A stretch of 64,000 nucleotides of DNA from Candidatus Obscuribacterales bacterium (GCA_965228855.1 CBDDIJ010000002.1:352001-416000), one strand, 5' to 3'; numbered from the stretch's first letter, positions 1-10,533 are shown. Numbers and translations are program-made. The notes: generated by a model from the sequence alone, not told the origin.

Positions 1-453
1 ACCGAACTTCACCGTGTTGGTGATGTTCAGCACCTTGCCGGCGCCGTCCATCGAGACGTGCACGTAGCCGCCACGAACGGGAATGTCCTGTTCGCCGATG
101 CGGACGACCTGCTGCATCTCGACACGGTTGAGCTGGGTGCCGCCGAAGTTGAAGTTGTCCGTCTTGCCGTCGACCAGCGAAACATTGCGCAGACCGAGGG
201 CCTGCTCGATGGACGGCTGGGCGAGGAAGTTCTTGGCGTGACCGAGCGGGTCGCCGGAGAACGGCAGCGGCAGGATACCCGCCGGCGAGCCGGACATCAG
301 GGTGCGGACGCGACCATCGCGGCTGTAGGTGGCTTCCACCGAATTGCCGGTCTTGGCGAGACGCGCGACCGCGTTGGTGTAAAAAGACTTGGGCTGCTGG
401 AACGCATTGCCAGCAACCACCGAACGAACGTTCAGCTGAGGATTCTTACGCAT
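1..453 (-). CDS. Partial CDS running off the window start; N-terminus resembles the FTP propeptide of M4/M36 metallopeptidases
   Basis: Manual translation from ATG at 453 (AGGAG RBS at 461-465): MRKNPQLNVR...LNRVEMQQVVRIGEQDIPVRGGYVHVSMDGAGKVLNIT, open to position 1. Absent from the ORF track because there is no stop in the window. Confidence 0.6.
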   Translation of the reverse strand, partial: MRKNPQLNVRSVVAGNAFQQPKSFYTNAVARLAKTGNSVEATYSRDGRVRTLMSGSPAGILPLPFSGDPLGHAKNFLAQPSIEQALGLRNVSLVDGKTDNFNFGGTQLNRVEMQQVVRIGEQDIPVRGGYVHVSMDGAGKVLNITNTVKFG

Positions 454-1424
454 GTTTAGGCTCCTTTGCGATGGCATACACCCGGAGACATTCCGTGTGC
501 GTGTCCATCTGGTTAGAAAAAAATCGAGTCTTTTGAACTCAACGGTTAACTCACCGGCCGTCCAATACCAGGGCAGTCAAACATGTGTTCTCCAGCAGAA
601 TGCGGATGCATTCGATACAAGGCTTTGATTTTGCCGAGCTGCTGAAAAATTTAGTGTTTGAGGTTGCCTTTGATACGTAGTGAAGCCGAATGTATACATA
701 AGCTATATCTACAGACTTGGCAAAAGCAATGAAAATAGAGAGCCTGGACGCTTCTCAGAAAAAGTGAGATTCGCCCTCATGGGAGGAAACAGAGGCAGGC
801 ACTGGCATACGCATATTGCGGAGCCTCGCCAACCTTCCTCTTTACAACTAACGCAAGCCAAGCCAGCCGAGAACGCAGATGAAAACAAGCAAACCGGAGG
901 AGGATATCATGAGACGGAATTCATTCGTTCGCATAACTGCGCTAGCCCAATATCGGTGCCGAAATAGCAGATTTTAGGTTTAAAAACCTAGCGCAAGACA
1001 GTTAAGAATCAGATAAACACCTGGCTGTTTAGTCTTGAAACCATGGCCAGATAAGAGTTTCAGGGTTACCAAAATAAGACCAGGCTAATATAACGTCTGT
1101 TCTACACAAAGCTTGCTTGACAACACCCCTGTTCCATAGGGTGGATGGCGTTCATTCTTCTTTCTTTCGCTTCAGGAAATCGCCTCCCCCGAACCACTAC
1201 CTACGTTTCCAATCACAGCCAACTCAACAAACCCAGAGTCTTCGACTCCGGGGGCTTTATCGCCACAGGCTGCTCGAACGGTTACTGGAAGTTGTTCGCA
1301 GGAGAGGCGGTGTAACAGCGCGACTGCGCTCGTTCCGATCAACCCCTCCACCGTGCTTGTCCGTTCAACCAAGCGCGGTATTCCACCTGCTCGCAAGAGT
1401 GGGAGTAAAGGACAGGTACTTCGA

Positions 1425-2123
1425 ATGAAAAAGCTTGCTCAGAAGTCGGGCTTCACCACTTGCCCGGTCTGCATGATTCTCGGAATCGGACAGGAGCCGT
1501 ACATGGCCTGCCCGACCACCGATGACCGCGTCTACTGCCACGCGTGCAACCACGTCGCCCACCCCGTCGCGCAGATCGCGCACAAGGGCGAAGCGGCCAC
1601 GCTGTGGAAGGCGGTCGAATCTCTCCGCGAGCTGCCCAAGCCGCTCTTCGACCTGGTCGTGGACCTCATGGTTCACAAGGTCGGCGACGACATGACGACG
1701 CTCGAAACGTACTTCCTCGCGTCCGTCGGCTCCAAGGGCCTCGGGTTCTCCAATCCGATGACCGAAGCCGACACGGCGCGCGCTTCTGCTGCGGTGGCGT
1801 GCGGCAATGCCGACGTCCTCATCAGCGAAGCGAACCGCGTGCACATCGCTCTCGCCAACGGCAAGTACGCGTTCTCGACCCTGCGGCTGTCCTACCAGCC
1901 CGAGGACCTCGACGACGCGCTGCGCGCCGATGAAGACCGCACGGACCAGGTCCGCGCCCTGCTGGATCGACTGCCGGAAGCTCAGGCTACCGCCGTCGCC
2001 AAGCTGGCCAAGCGCGGGTTCTCGCTCGGTCACGTCAACATCGACGAGAGCATCAAGCACGTGCACATGCACAAAGGCTCGGCCGGCAAGGGTATCGCCG
2101 CCGAGTTCAGCTGGATCGTCTAA
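1425..2123 (+). CDS. Hypothetical protein with N-terminal Cys-rich putative Zn-binding motif
   Basis: CPVC...C...CHAC near the N-terminus; strong codon bias; ATG 1425 preferred over the track start 1353. Confidence 0.7.
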   Translation: MKKLAQKSGFTTCPVCMILGIGQEPYMACPTTDDRVYCHACNHVAHPVAQIAHKGEAATLWKAVESLRELPKPLFDLVVDLMVHKVGDDMTTLETYFLASVGSKGLGFSNPMTEADTARASAAVACGNADVLISEANRVHIALANGKYAFSTLRLSYQPEDLDDALRADEDRTDQVRALLDRLPEAQATAVAKLAKRGFSLGHVNIDESIKHVHMHKGSAGKGIAAEFSWIV

Positions 2124-2325
2124 CCCACTCCTATCGGCTGCGGAGCTATCAAAAGCGGCCATCAACGTAAGGGTAAACCGTCATTCCAAGAACAACGAAC
2201 CTGCGCCAGTGGAGTGTGACGAGCTCCCGAGTGCTGGCCTGGTCTGTCGACTTGTGACGGCTCCTTCACAACGGAACCGGCCCCGTTTCACGACGGGCGC
2301 CGGACTTCCAAGGAGCATATAGGCT

Positions 2326-3021
2326 ATGAAACGCAACTACAAACTTGTGCTGCTCGACCTCTGGAAGACGCTGGTCACCTCGCATTGCGCGGAACCGGTG
2401 TGGACGCTTCAGAAGTCGCTCGGGCACAAACTTTGGACGCCATCGGATGGCGCGCCAGAAGCTTTCGAACCGGACGACGAGTTCCTCCGGTTTTGTCTTA
2501 CGACTCCAATCACCGACCCCGACGAGTTTGTGCGAGAAGCTGGGAAGCGCTTCGGCCGCCCGGTGACTTCGCGCACGCTCGAGGAGTTCGATCGGATCAT
2601 CAAGGGCGAGGCGGGCTGCGTCGCCAGGTTCGAGGACGTCAACGCGACGCTCGTCGGACTGGAGCAGCGCGGCATCGAGAAAGGTGTCCTCAGCAACCTG
2701 TGGCCCTTCCCCGCCCCGCAAATCTTCGATGCTAACGGACTCGGGAAGTTCTTCGACCCGAAGCACCGTTACTACTCGTACGAACTCCGGCATCGCAAGC
2801 CGGAGCCGGAGATCTTCCTTGCAGTGTGCGAACGCGCAGGGGTGAGCCCGGAAGACGTTCTCATGATCGGTGACAACCCCGAGGCAGACGTTGCCGGCGC
2901 TATGGCTGTCGGCATGGACGCTGCCCTCATCGACCGGCCTGGCATGTTCTCAGCGAAGGACATTCCGGAAGGCGCGATTTACCTCCGGACGCTGACGGAC
3001 ATCCTTCCCATCCTCGACTAA
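2326..3021 (+). CDS. HAD-superfamily hydrolase (subfamily IA-like)
   Basis: Motifs LLDLWKTL, LSN, RKPEPEIF and MIGDNPEAD; AAGGAG RBS. Confidence 0.9.
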   Translation: MKRNYKLVLLDLWKTLVTSHCAEPVWTLQKSLGHKLWTPSDGAPEAFEPDDEFLRFCLTTPITDPDEFVREAGKRFGRPVTSRTLEEFDRIIKGEAGCVARFEDVNATLVGLEQRGIEKGVLSNLWPFPAPQIFDANGLGKFFDPKHRYYSYELRHRKPEPEIFLAVCERAGVSPEDVLMIGDNPEADVAGAMAVGMDAALIDRPGMFSAKDIPEGAIYLRTLTDILPILD

Positions 3022-3180
3022 GGAGATGTGAACGAGCTTCATCTGCGCGTCTCTCAGAGAGGCGTAACAGTGCTCACCTCATTGGCATGACCCCCTGCAA
3101 CACAGGTCAGGTCTTGTCTGTATTCACGCAAGCGGGCGACAGGATCACCCTGCCGTCTGCCAAACTGTTGGAGACTAACA

Positions 3181-4578
3181 ATGAACCTGGAACTTGCTAA
3201 GTCGAGCGGTCACCTGTTCCTCCCGGACTCCGTCTCAGAGTTCATGGGCAAGTGGTCGCGTGCGGCTGCACGTCTCAAGACGCAGCCCAAGTTCTTTCGG
3301 GTCGAGGAGCAGTCCACGGACGCGCTCCGGTGCACGGCCTCTACCGAATCCGATATCGGTGCCGGCCGCCTCTTCGGAGGCGACGGCAACGGTGAGCTGG
3401 TCGCGGCGACGCTGGTCAAGAAGTGCCTCACCACGCCTTCTGCCATCGACAAAGCGATCGGTCTGATCGGCTCGGCTGACGACCGTCACCGGGTGCGCAT
3501 CTCGTACGCTGGTCTCAAGGATCGCTGGGCGGTCACCGCTCAGCGCGTCGTCATCGACGGCGCCAGCTACGCGGACGTCGTTCGGGCGTGCATGCCCGAC
3601 GAGTCGCAACTCGACGACATCGGTATTTTCCTTAAGGACCCGGAGCGCACGAACAAGCGCCTCGCGCGGGGACACCTCGTCGGCAACAACTTCACCATCA
3701 AGGTGATTGTGCCGGGTATGTCGGCAGCTGAGCTGCAGGCGTACGTGGACCCTCGCGTCGCGCACCTCACGCGCGGCGGGCGAATCATCATCCCCAACGC
3801 TTTCGGACGGCAACGTCTGGGCAAGCGCCAGAACCTCTTCGGCGTCGGGCACGACTTCATCGTGCACGGACCCGAGGTGGCGATCAAGCGCTTCCTGACG
3901 GAGACTTCGCCGAACGAGAGCCCCTGGGCCGCGGAGGTCCGCAACCGGCTCCTCTCCGAATGGGAGTCGGCAGAGCAACGGGCGGCCGCCACCGGTGGGT
4001 GCGTCGCCAATCAGATGCTGCACCTGCAGGGCATGCGCCAGATTCTGGAGCAGGGCGGTCACGACCGCGCTGCCTACCGGAAGCTGAACATGACCATCGA
4101 GCACCGGATCGTGTGCCAGCTGCTTCAGACGCTGGATTACGCGAAGACGCTGAAGAATCTCTACGAAGACTTCTCGCTGTGGACGGGCGCAGTGCAGGGC
4201 TTCTGGTTCAACCAGGTCCTTGCGCGCGTGCTCAACGGCGACGTCACGCTCGACAATCAGGACGACCCCGAGGCGCACATCCCGCTCTTCATGGACGAGA
4301 AGCGCGCCATCAACTTCTACCGCAGATACGCGCCGGAGGCGATTCCGCAGCAGATCGACCCGCTGGTGCGCAAGATGTTCCTGACCCCGCAGCGTCCGAA
4401 GGACCGTGGTCCCCGGCGCCCGCTGTTCGTGCCCGTCACGAATCTCGACTACGACGTCGAGGACGGTGCCGTGAACATGCGGTTCCGTCTGCGGAAGGGT
4501 GCATACGCCACCACTTTCCTCGGCATCCTCTTCAACCTCGAAGGGGACCAGGACCCCGTCCCGACCGCCAAGGACTAG
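3181..4578 (+). CDS. truD: TruD-family tRNA pseudouridine synthase
   Basis: YAGLKDRWAVTAQ (GxKD catalytic motif), GNNFTI, PNAFGRQRLG, FRLRKGAYATT. Confidence 0.85.
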   Translation: MNLELAKSSGHLFLPDSVSEFMGKWSRAAARLKTQPKFFRVEEQSTDALRCTASTESDIGAGRLFGGDGNGELVAATLVKKCLTTPSAIDKAIGLIGSADDRHRVRISYAGLKDRWAVTAQRVVIDGASYADVVRACMPDESQLDDIGIFLKDPERTNKRLARGHLVGNNFTIKVIVPGMSAAELQAYVDPRVAHLTRGGRIIIPNAFGRQRLGKRQNLFGVGHDFIVHGPEVAIKRFLTETSPNESPWAAEVRNRLLSEWESAEQRAAATGGCVANQMLHLQGMRQILEQGGHDRAAYRKLNMTIEHRIVCQLLQTLDYAKTLKNLYEDFSLWTGAVQGFWFNQVLARVLNGDVTLDNQDDPEAHIPLFMDEKRAINFYRRYAPEAIPQQIDPLVRKMFLTPQRPKDRGPRRPLFVPVTNLDYDVEDGAVNMRFRLRKGAYATTFLGILFNLEGDQDPVPTAKD

Positions 4579-4738
4579 TGACTGCAGAAGAAGTGCAACA
4601 CCGTTCGTAGCGGTGAAGCAAAACGCAGGCGGCACCGTGATGAACAGTCGCGGTGCTGCTTGCGGCCGACCCTGGAACGGCATCAGGAACTTCCTGGTGC
4701 CGTTCTTCCCAACAAAATGAGCATCTGGAGTGAATGTG

Positions 4739-4942
4739 ATGAGGAACTTCGCGGAAATCCCCGGCGGCGGCAAGAGCAATCGCTTCCCGACCCGCAAGGA
4801 CGGCAACCAAGACCGTCACGAGGATCACGAAGACAGCTTCTTCAAGGGCGACCGCCAGCAGGACAAGCGCAGGGAGCGTCGTGAATCGCGGCAGCTCATG
4901 CGCAACATCTGCGCCGGCGGCTACGACCCGACCGAGGACTAA
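4739..4942 (+). CDS. Small charged hypothetical protein (about 67 aa)
   Basis: GGAG at 4727-4730 then ATG 4739; codon bias matches the operon. Confidence 0.55.
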   Translation: MRNFAEIPGGGKSNRFPTRKDGNQDRHEDHEDSFFKGDRQQDKRRERRESRQLMRNICAGGYDPTED

Positions 4943-5053
4943 GCCCCCCCCCCGGGTCCGCCATACCTCACAACTTTAGATAGGAGAACTGCCTAGTTTC
5001 AGGAAACCCCTTAAGCCGACAACGCTTTCGGGGTTTCCGCCTTCCAATCCCAT

Positions 5054-5370
5054 CTACTATATTCCAGCGTATACGTATTTTCGACAGACTCCCACGAGCT
5101 CTGGTTTTCCGAGAACCGTTCCAACTGTTTACTCCCCAAATTGGCAGTTTGTCTACGGCTCGTTGCCGGATTTCGCAAATTCCGGCAATGCCACGTAGAC
5201 ATCGCTCTTAAGCGATATTGATTTCGCAAATTCCGGCAACGAGGCGTAGACAAAGCTCATGAGCGACGCCGATTTCAAGTCGCCTTCTCACGGAAGCTCC
5301 CCCACAGGCAATGGCGGCGAAATCGTCTTCCAGTTTCGCTAGTGCCCCGACAGCCGAAACGCGATAGTAG
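5054..5370. repeat. Arm-core-arm intergenic element, locus 1 (core 5150-5201, extra half core 5221-5252)
   Basis: CTACTATA at 5054; core TGTCTACG-GCTCG-TTGCCGGA-TTTCGCAAAT-TCCGGCAA-TGCCA-CGTAGACA; GATAGTAG at 5363-5370. Confidence 0.9.
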
Positions 5371-6072
5371 TTTCACGCACCTTCATGGCACCATCAGCGG
5401 TACCGCCTCCCAGTTACCGCGACTTCCGTACGTGGACTATTGATCTATGTAGTGTTTTGCATGAAGTCGCGGCAGAGCGTGACAACAACGTGACTGATAG
5501 CAGGAGTCGCGCAAGTTCAATTTTTGAAAACCCTGTTTTTGCGCGCACAAAATTTGCGCCAAGACAAATTTCCACAAGCTGGAGAAACATACTGTCACCC
5601 TCAAGAAGCGCTCCAACAGACACGTTTCAACATATGCATATCCGATGCGGAAAGACGCGATACACTCCGTTACGACATAACTTACGAAACTTAGTTTAGA
5701 AGATGAACTCGGAATCGGTAGATTGATTGGTATCAACACATCCCATGTAGTCATCACTTAGACACTCCTCGACCTTTGCCAGATGCAGCCAAACCGTTTC
5801 CGCAGCTCACTTTATTGTGGCTCGGTCGGTCTCGCATCCGGAAGGCAGGCGTGTGATGGGTTGATTGGGTCAAGGCTGCACGACCGGCTTGCCGCTCGCT
5901 GACGGTACCTTGACGCAAATAGCGACTTCCACCGCGACAGGCGAAACCTGCCGCTAAGGAGCTATTTGCAATGAAGAGTCTGGACACGAACTATCATCTA
6001 GACTTTCGTGGCAACAATTGGCCTTCTTTAGCTGTTCATGTGTGCCTGCGCGAGAGCAAAGGTACAACCATT

Positions 6073-6789
6073 ATGAACACGCTCAACAATGCCAATCACG
6101 CCGCTGCCTCTTCCCACAAGAACTCCAAGAAGAGCTTCTCCGTCTATCTCGCTGGCGACCTCTGGACGCACAAGGATCTGATCGGTAATGCTCTTCTCGG
6201 CGACTACATCAAGAAAGTCTCGCGGGGGCGCTATGAATGCGTTCTGCCGCAGGACCTGGAAGAACCCGTCCATCGCACTGTCGACATTCGCAACGTCGAC
6301 CTGAAACACGTAATGATGTGCGATATGGCAATCTTCAACTTCGACGGTTCCAATCTCGATTCCGGAACCGTGGTCGAGTTCATCTACGCCAAGATGATCG
6401 ATGTTCCGTGCGTCATCCTCCGCACCGACTTCCGGGCTTCCGGCGAGGGCGCAGAGGGACAGGATCCGTGGAACCTGATGGCTTCGCACTGGCCGCGTTC
6501 CAAAGTCGTTAAGCTGCACGGCATGGCCGAGTACCAGAGCGCCAAAGCAGGCACTCTGGGCAGAACCATCGAAAAGCTGTACAAGAAGATGTCCAGCCAG
6601 ATCGTCGAAGGTCTCGATGCCGTGAGACAGGAAGCGCCGCTCGTGGCAAATCCGGCTCGCATGGCGATGCTGTACGACTGGGCTATTGAGTGCCCCGGTG
6701 CCGGTTACAGCAACCTCTTTGAGAAAGCGGACCTGCAGCAGCTCCTCGCCGCCAAGATGGCGAAGGGTCTTCTCGCTAAGCATTCGTAG
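6073..6789 (+). CDS. Nucleoside 2-deoxyribosyltransferase / N-glycosidase family protein
   Basis: VYLAG, D..IFNFDG and DSGTVVE motifs of the NDT fold. Confidence 0.85.
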   Translation: MNTLNNANHAAASSHKNSKKSFSVYLAGDLWTHKDLIGNALLGDYIKKVSRGRYECVLPQDLEEPVHRTVDIRNVDLKHVMMCDMAIFNFDGSNLDSGTVVEFIYAKMIDVPCVILRTDFRASGEGAEGQDPWNLMASHWPRSKVVKLHGMAEYQSAKAGTLGRTIEKLYKKMSSQIVEGLDAVRQEAPLVANPARMAMLYDWAIECPGAGYSNLFEKADLQQLLAAKMAKGLLAKHS

Positions 6790-6896
6790 CCAATTCTAGC
6801 GGTTTCGAATCAACAGGTACTTCTAAGTTTTGAAACGCGCTGCCGGCGATCGAAACTACGGTTGCCGGCAGCCATCCCAATTCAAGGGAGGCTCAC

Positions 6897-7712
6897 ATGA
6901 AACAAGCAGAGAGACCGTTACCTGACTGGATGCAGAAGGCAGCAGCTGCCAATGCTCCTTTCAATGAAGAGAACACGCCGCTACTCCGACTATGGAAGGG
7001 CCTGGCCAATAAAGCTCAAGGGTTCGAGACCCTGGTCACCACCATGAAACAGGTTCAGGACCGTATGGCTCTGCTCGATACCGCGCCTCGCCACGACACG
7101 ATTCTAAGCGACGAACTCCTGCGGCAAGTAGCGCACAACAGCTATCACTGGCCGTTGCATGCCGCTCGAAATCGGCTCGAGCACTCACTAACGACAATCG
7201 ATGAAGCTTTCGCCAAGCTTCAGCACGTATTCCGCGGAGATCTGAAAGTCGCCTATTACGATCGCCTGGCACGCCATCGCGCTGAGGCTCAGAATCTGAT
7301 CGAACTGTTTTCAAAAATGCCATTCGACAAGGCTGTACAGCCTTTTACGATCCGGCAGCAAAACATGGCCAACCTCTATCACCAAATCAACGACTTCGTT
7401 GGTATCATCACGCCCCTGCGGCGGAGGTTCAAACCTGGAGAACTGCCCGAGGGAGTCTTAGAGGATCTTAAAGAAGTCGAGGCGGAGATTTATCGTCTAA
7501 GGTCGTCATTCGCGCGCTGGCGCGACAATCCCAGTCAAAAGCTGGGACGCAAGATGGCTGACGCACACGCTCGCTGCCATAAGATGTACATGACCGTCTC
7601 ACGTATCGCGCACAATGCGCGGTACGAATGCCAGCAACTCGGCATGATCTTCTGGGGGCGAGGCGGTCAGATCACCCTCCGGCCGTGGACACCGCCGACG
7701 CCGCTTCTGTAG
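6897..7712 (+). CDS. Hypothetical helical protein
   Basis: 271-aa ORF with GGAGG RBS; no family recognised. Confidence 0.65.
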   Translation: MKQAERPLPDWMQKAAAANAPFNEENTPLLRLWKGLANKAQGFETLVTTMKQVQDRMALLDTAPRHDTILSDELLRQVAHNSYHWPLHAARNRLEHSLTTIDEAFAKLQHVFRGDLKVAYYDRLARHRAEAQNLIELFSKMPFDKAVQPFTIRQQNMANLYHQINDFVGIITPLRRRFKPGELPEGVLEDLKEVEAEIYRLRSSFARWRDNPSQKLGRKMADAHARCHKMYMTVSRIAHNARYECQQLGMIFWGRGGQITLRPWTPPTPLL

Positions 7713-7923
7713 AAGATCGTGCAATTTAACAGAAAGTCGCAAAGCAGTGAGCCGACCAACTTCGACCGGTGAACGAATGTATATTCGCTCGCCGCAAAAC
7801 AGAATATCGACACTGCCCGCGGTGTCGATATTTTGAGAAAACATTCACGACGAGCCGGTGTTCATCGCCGACTCGTCATATCGGCTTATCGACCGGCCGC
7901 AACAACGACAATTGGAGTCCAGC

Positions 7924-8571
7924 ATGCCAGCAGTCTATCTGTTCGACCTGTGGCTGACTCTTGTCTTCGGTCTCACGACGGACCCGATCCTGACACTTCA
8001 GGAACAACTCGGGCTCGGAGTGAGAGTGGGTCATGTCACCACCATGAACGACGGCTTCCTGAACACCTGCCTGACGACCAACATTCCCGACGAACGCGAG
8101 TTTCTGCGGAACATCGCGCGAAGGCACGGCATTAAGGTGAACAGGAAGCACCACCGGCAGTTCCGCGAGCTCACCGCTCTGGAACAGCAAAAAGTGACTC
8201 TCTATCCCGAAACGCTCGCCGTCTTGACTGAACTCAAGGCACGCGGCGCGCGCATCGGTCTGATCTCGAATCTCTGGCCGTTCCCAGTGCAACGAGTCTT
8301 CGACGAAATGGGTCTGGCTGTTCACTTCGAACACCGGCTCTACTCATTCGAGGTGGGTAGCCGCAAACCCGATGGTCGCATCTTCCTGGAAGCGTGTCGG
8401 CGTTTCGGCGTCACGCCTGCCGACTGCCTGATGGTGGGCGATAGCTTGAGCTCCGACATCGCCGGCGCCCTGAGCGTTGGCATGCCGGCGGCTTTCGTGA
8501 ACCGCTCCGGCAAGACCGTTTCCAGTCCTCCAGGCGTGAAGCAAATCGTGTCGCTCAACGACTTGCTCTAG
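7924..8571 (+). CDS. HAD-superfamily hydrolase, paralog of 2326..3021
   Basis: FDLWLTL, ISNLWPFP, RKPDGRIF and MVGDSLSSD; GGAG before ATG 7924. Confidence 0.9.
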   Translation: MPAVYLFDLWLTLVFGLTTDPILTLQEQLGLGVRVGHVTTMNDGFLNTCLTTNIPDEREFLRNIARRHGIKVNRKHHRQFRELTALEQQKVTLYPETLAVLTELKARGARIGLISNLWPFPVQRVFDEMGLAVHFEHRLYSFEVGSRKPDGRIFLEACRRFGVTPADCLMVGDSLSSDIAGALSVGMPAAFVNRSGKTVSSPPGVKQIVSLNDLL

Positions 8572-8586
8572 GCCAGAAATAGTCCG

Positions 8587-8617
8587 GAAAGAAGGGGCAC
8601 CGCTCGCCCCTTCTTTC
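8587..8617 (+). terminator. Probable intrinsic terminator hairpin
   Basis: GAAAGAAGGGGC-N7-GCCCCTTCTTTC just after the stop at 8571. Confidence 0.7.
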
Positions 8618-8652
8618 GGCGAATCGCCCCACTTTCCAATTGCCCAGCCTCT

Positions 8653-8799
8653 CTACGATAGCGAACAGTAGAAACGATTCACGCGTTCCCGCGCCAGCCT
8701 GGCTTTCAGGACACTGGTCTCGAATACTTCCTCAAAATTCTGCTCGTTGTCTATGCCACATTGCCGGAATTCGCAAATTTCGTCAATGCTGCATAGACA
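8653..8799. repeat. Arm-core element, locus 2 (core 8748-8799; right arm not seen)
   Basis: CTACGATA at 8653; core TGTCTATG-CCACA-TTGCCGGA-ATTCGCAAAT-TTCGTCAA-TGCTG-CATAGACA. Confidence 0.85.
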
Positions 8800-8962
8800 T
8801 CGTTCGACTTCCGTCCGCGCTCTGTCGACGGAACACGTCATGCTCCTTACGGTATGGACGATTGACCACTTTCATACCGCGAACGGAAACGGCGCCCCGG
8901 AATTCCTCAGAAGGAATAGGACCTCGCCAACTTTCATATCTCGAAAGGAATACTGAACTTCA

Positions 8963-9062
8963 TTGAATTGAATTGAATTGAATTGAATTGAATCGAATCG
9001 AATTGGACTGAACTGAATTGAACTGAACTGGACTGGACTGGACTGGACTGGACTGGACTGGA
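8963..9062. repeat. Pentanucleotide tandem repeat, 20 units
   Basis: (TTGAA)6 (TCGAA)2 TTGGA (CTGAA)2 TTGAA CTGAA (CTGGA)7. Confidence 0.95.
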
Positions 9063-9528
9063 CACCGCCGATGGTGTCACTCGAATTTCAAGGCGCGCAA
9101 ACGGTTTAGCAAACAGAGTCAAAAACGCTCACAGTATGAGCGTTTGATAAGGTTGAAAAGAGGTCTTAGCGCAAGCTCGGTGAGGTCACGTTCAGCTTGA
9201 TTTGCACGAGCGCGCTTCAAACTTCAAAATATACGTTATCTAAGAAACGCGGGAAGTAAGAGAGCACGGACTGAAGCAGAAAGCCAAGGCTGAGAGCTAT
9301 CTTTGAATTTTCTACGCGATAAGTTCTAGGGTCCGTTGTCCCCTATCAAATCCGCGTGAGATTGCCAAACCACCAGAAAGTCCGCCTTGTAGCCCTTCCG
9401 CATCCCTGTTCAGCTGACGCTCAGGTTTTTCCTGGACGGTAGTTGCTCAGTGCAGATATTGAGCGCAACTGGCTGGCGCTGGCAATCGACGCGAATTCAA
9501 ACCTAAACCGCAAGGAGATTCTTGCTAA

Positions 9529-10533
9529 ATGTCTCTTGAAATTTGGAAGGACATCCTGGAATACGGACGTTGGGCGCCGTCGCCGCACAACATCCAATCC
9601 TGGCGTTTCCGGCTGGAAGCGGACGAGTCGTGCACGCTGCTGTACGATCCGACGCGCCTCCTGCCCGACACCGACCCGACTGGTCGCTTCTGCACCGTCG
9701 GCTTCGGCATTCTCCTCGAGATGCTCTCCATTGCAGCCGCTCCGCACGGGCTGGCAGTGAAGACCGACTACATCACGCGACATCTGGACCCTAACGTTCC
9801 AGGTGCCACGCCCTTCGCCCGACTCACACTCGTGCCGCGCGAAGACAAGGAAAAGCTCGACCGCCAGCTCATTCTCGACCGTCGCACCTCGCGACTGCCG
9901 TACGACGAGGTGCCGGTTTCCGACTCGGTTCTGAATGAACTCGCGGCAGTCGCCGACGGTTTCGGCCACAAACTCGAGTTCTCCTCTGACCCCAAAGAAG
10001 TGGCTTGGGTTGTGCGTCTCAACGCCGACACCATGTTCTTCGACATGTCGGACCCGGTCGCGCGCAACGAGGTCGGCGGCTGGATACGCTTCAGCTACGC
10101 CGAAGCCAAACGTCGCGCCGATGGTCTGGCGGCCTACGCCATGCACTTTCCGGGGCTGCTCATGAAGCTCTTCGTGCATGCCAACTACCTCTTCCGCATC
10201 CCCGGCATCTACCAGGGAGTGCGCTGGTTCTACGAGCGGAGCATGCGCGGCACGCGCACTGTCGCCTGGCTCTCCGGTCCATTCGAGAAGCACGAAGACT
10301 GGGACAACACCGGGCGGATGATGGCGCGGCTCTGGCTCACCATGACGAAGCACGGTGTTTACCTGCACCCGTTCGGGTCGGTGATCACGAATCCGAAGGC
10401 GCATGCGCGTCTCGCGGAGCACTTCGACGACGGCACACGCAAGCACGACCTCTGGCTGCTTCTGCGGCTCGGGCACAGCGACTTGCCTCCGTCGGCTCAA
10501 CGTCTCACCCTCGAGCAGCTGCTCGAGAAGTAG
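9529..10533 (+). CDS. Acg-like / nitroreductase-fold FMN-binding protein
   Basis: WAPSPHNIQSW N-terminal motif, RRTSR, C-terminal LLRLG; AAGGAG RBS. Confidence 0.8.
   Translation: MSLEIWKDILEYGRWAPSPHNIQSWRFRLEADESCTLLYDPTRLLPDTDPTGRFCTVGFGILLEMLSIAAAPHGLAVKTDYITRHLDPNVPGATPFARLTLVPREDKEKLDRQLILDRRTSRLPYDEVPVSDSVLNELAAVADGFGHKLEFSSDPKEVAWVVRLNADTMFFDMSDPVARNEVGGWIRFSYAEAKRRADGLAAYAMHFPGLLMKLFVHANYLFRIPGIYQGVRWFYERSMRGTRTVAWLSGPFEKHEDWDNTGRMMARLWLTMTKHGVYLHPFGSVITNPKAHARLAEHFDDGTRKHDLWLLLRLGHSDLPPSAQRLTLEQLLEK

Noticed and set aside
5150..5201. Canonical integron attC sites
   Set aside because: Ends read GTCTAC/GTAGAC rather than RYYYAAC/GTTRRRY, the arms are symmetric with no extrahelical bases, copies follow multi-gene operons in both orientations, and the recombinase shows no obvious IntI-specific insertion. 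Kept only as an architectural analogy.
5385..5757. ORFs of 69-106 aa in AT-rich intergenic DNA (also 680-967, 16100-16510, 17429-17797, 35660-36019, 47392-47847)
   Set aside because: No family motifs, convincing RBS or codon bias; treated as non-coding upstream regions.
8934..9122. ORF encoding SPVQS/SIQFN repeats
   Set aside because: An artefact of the pentamer microsatellite.
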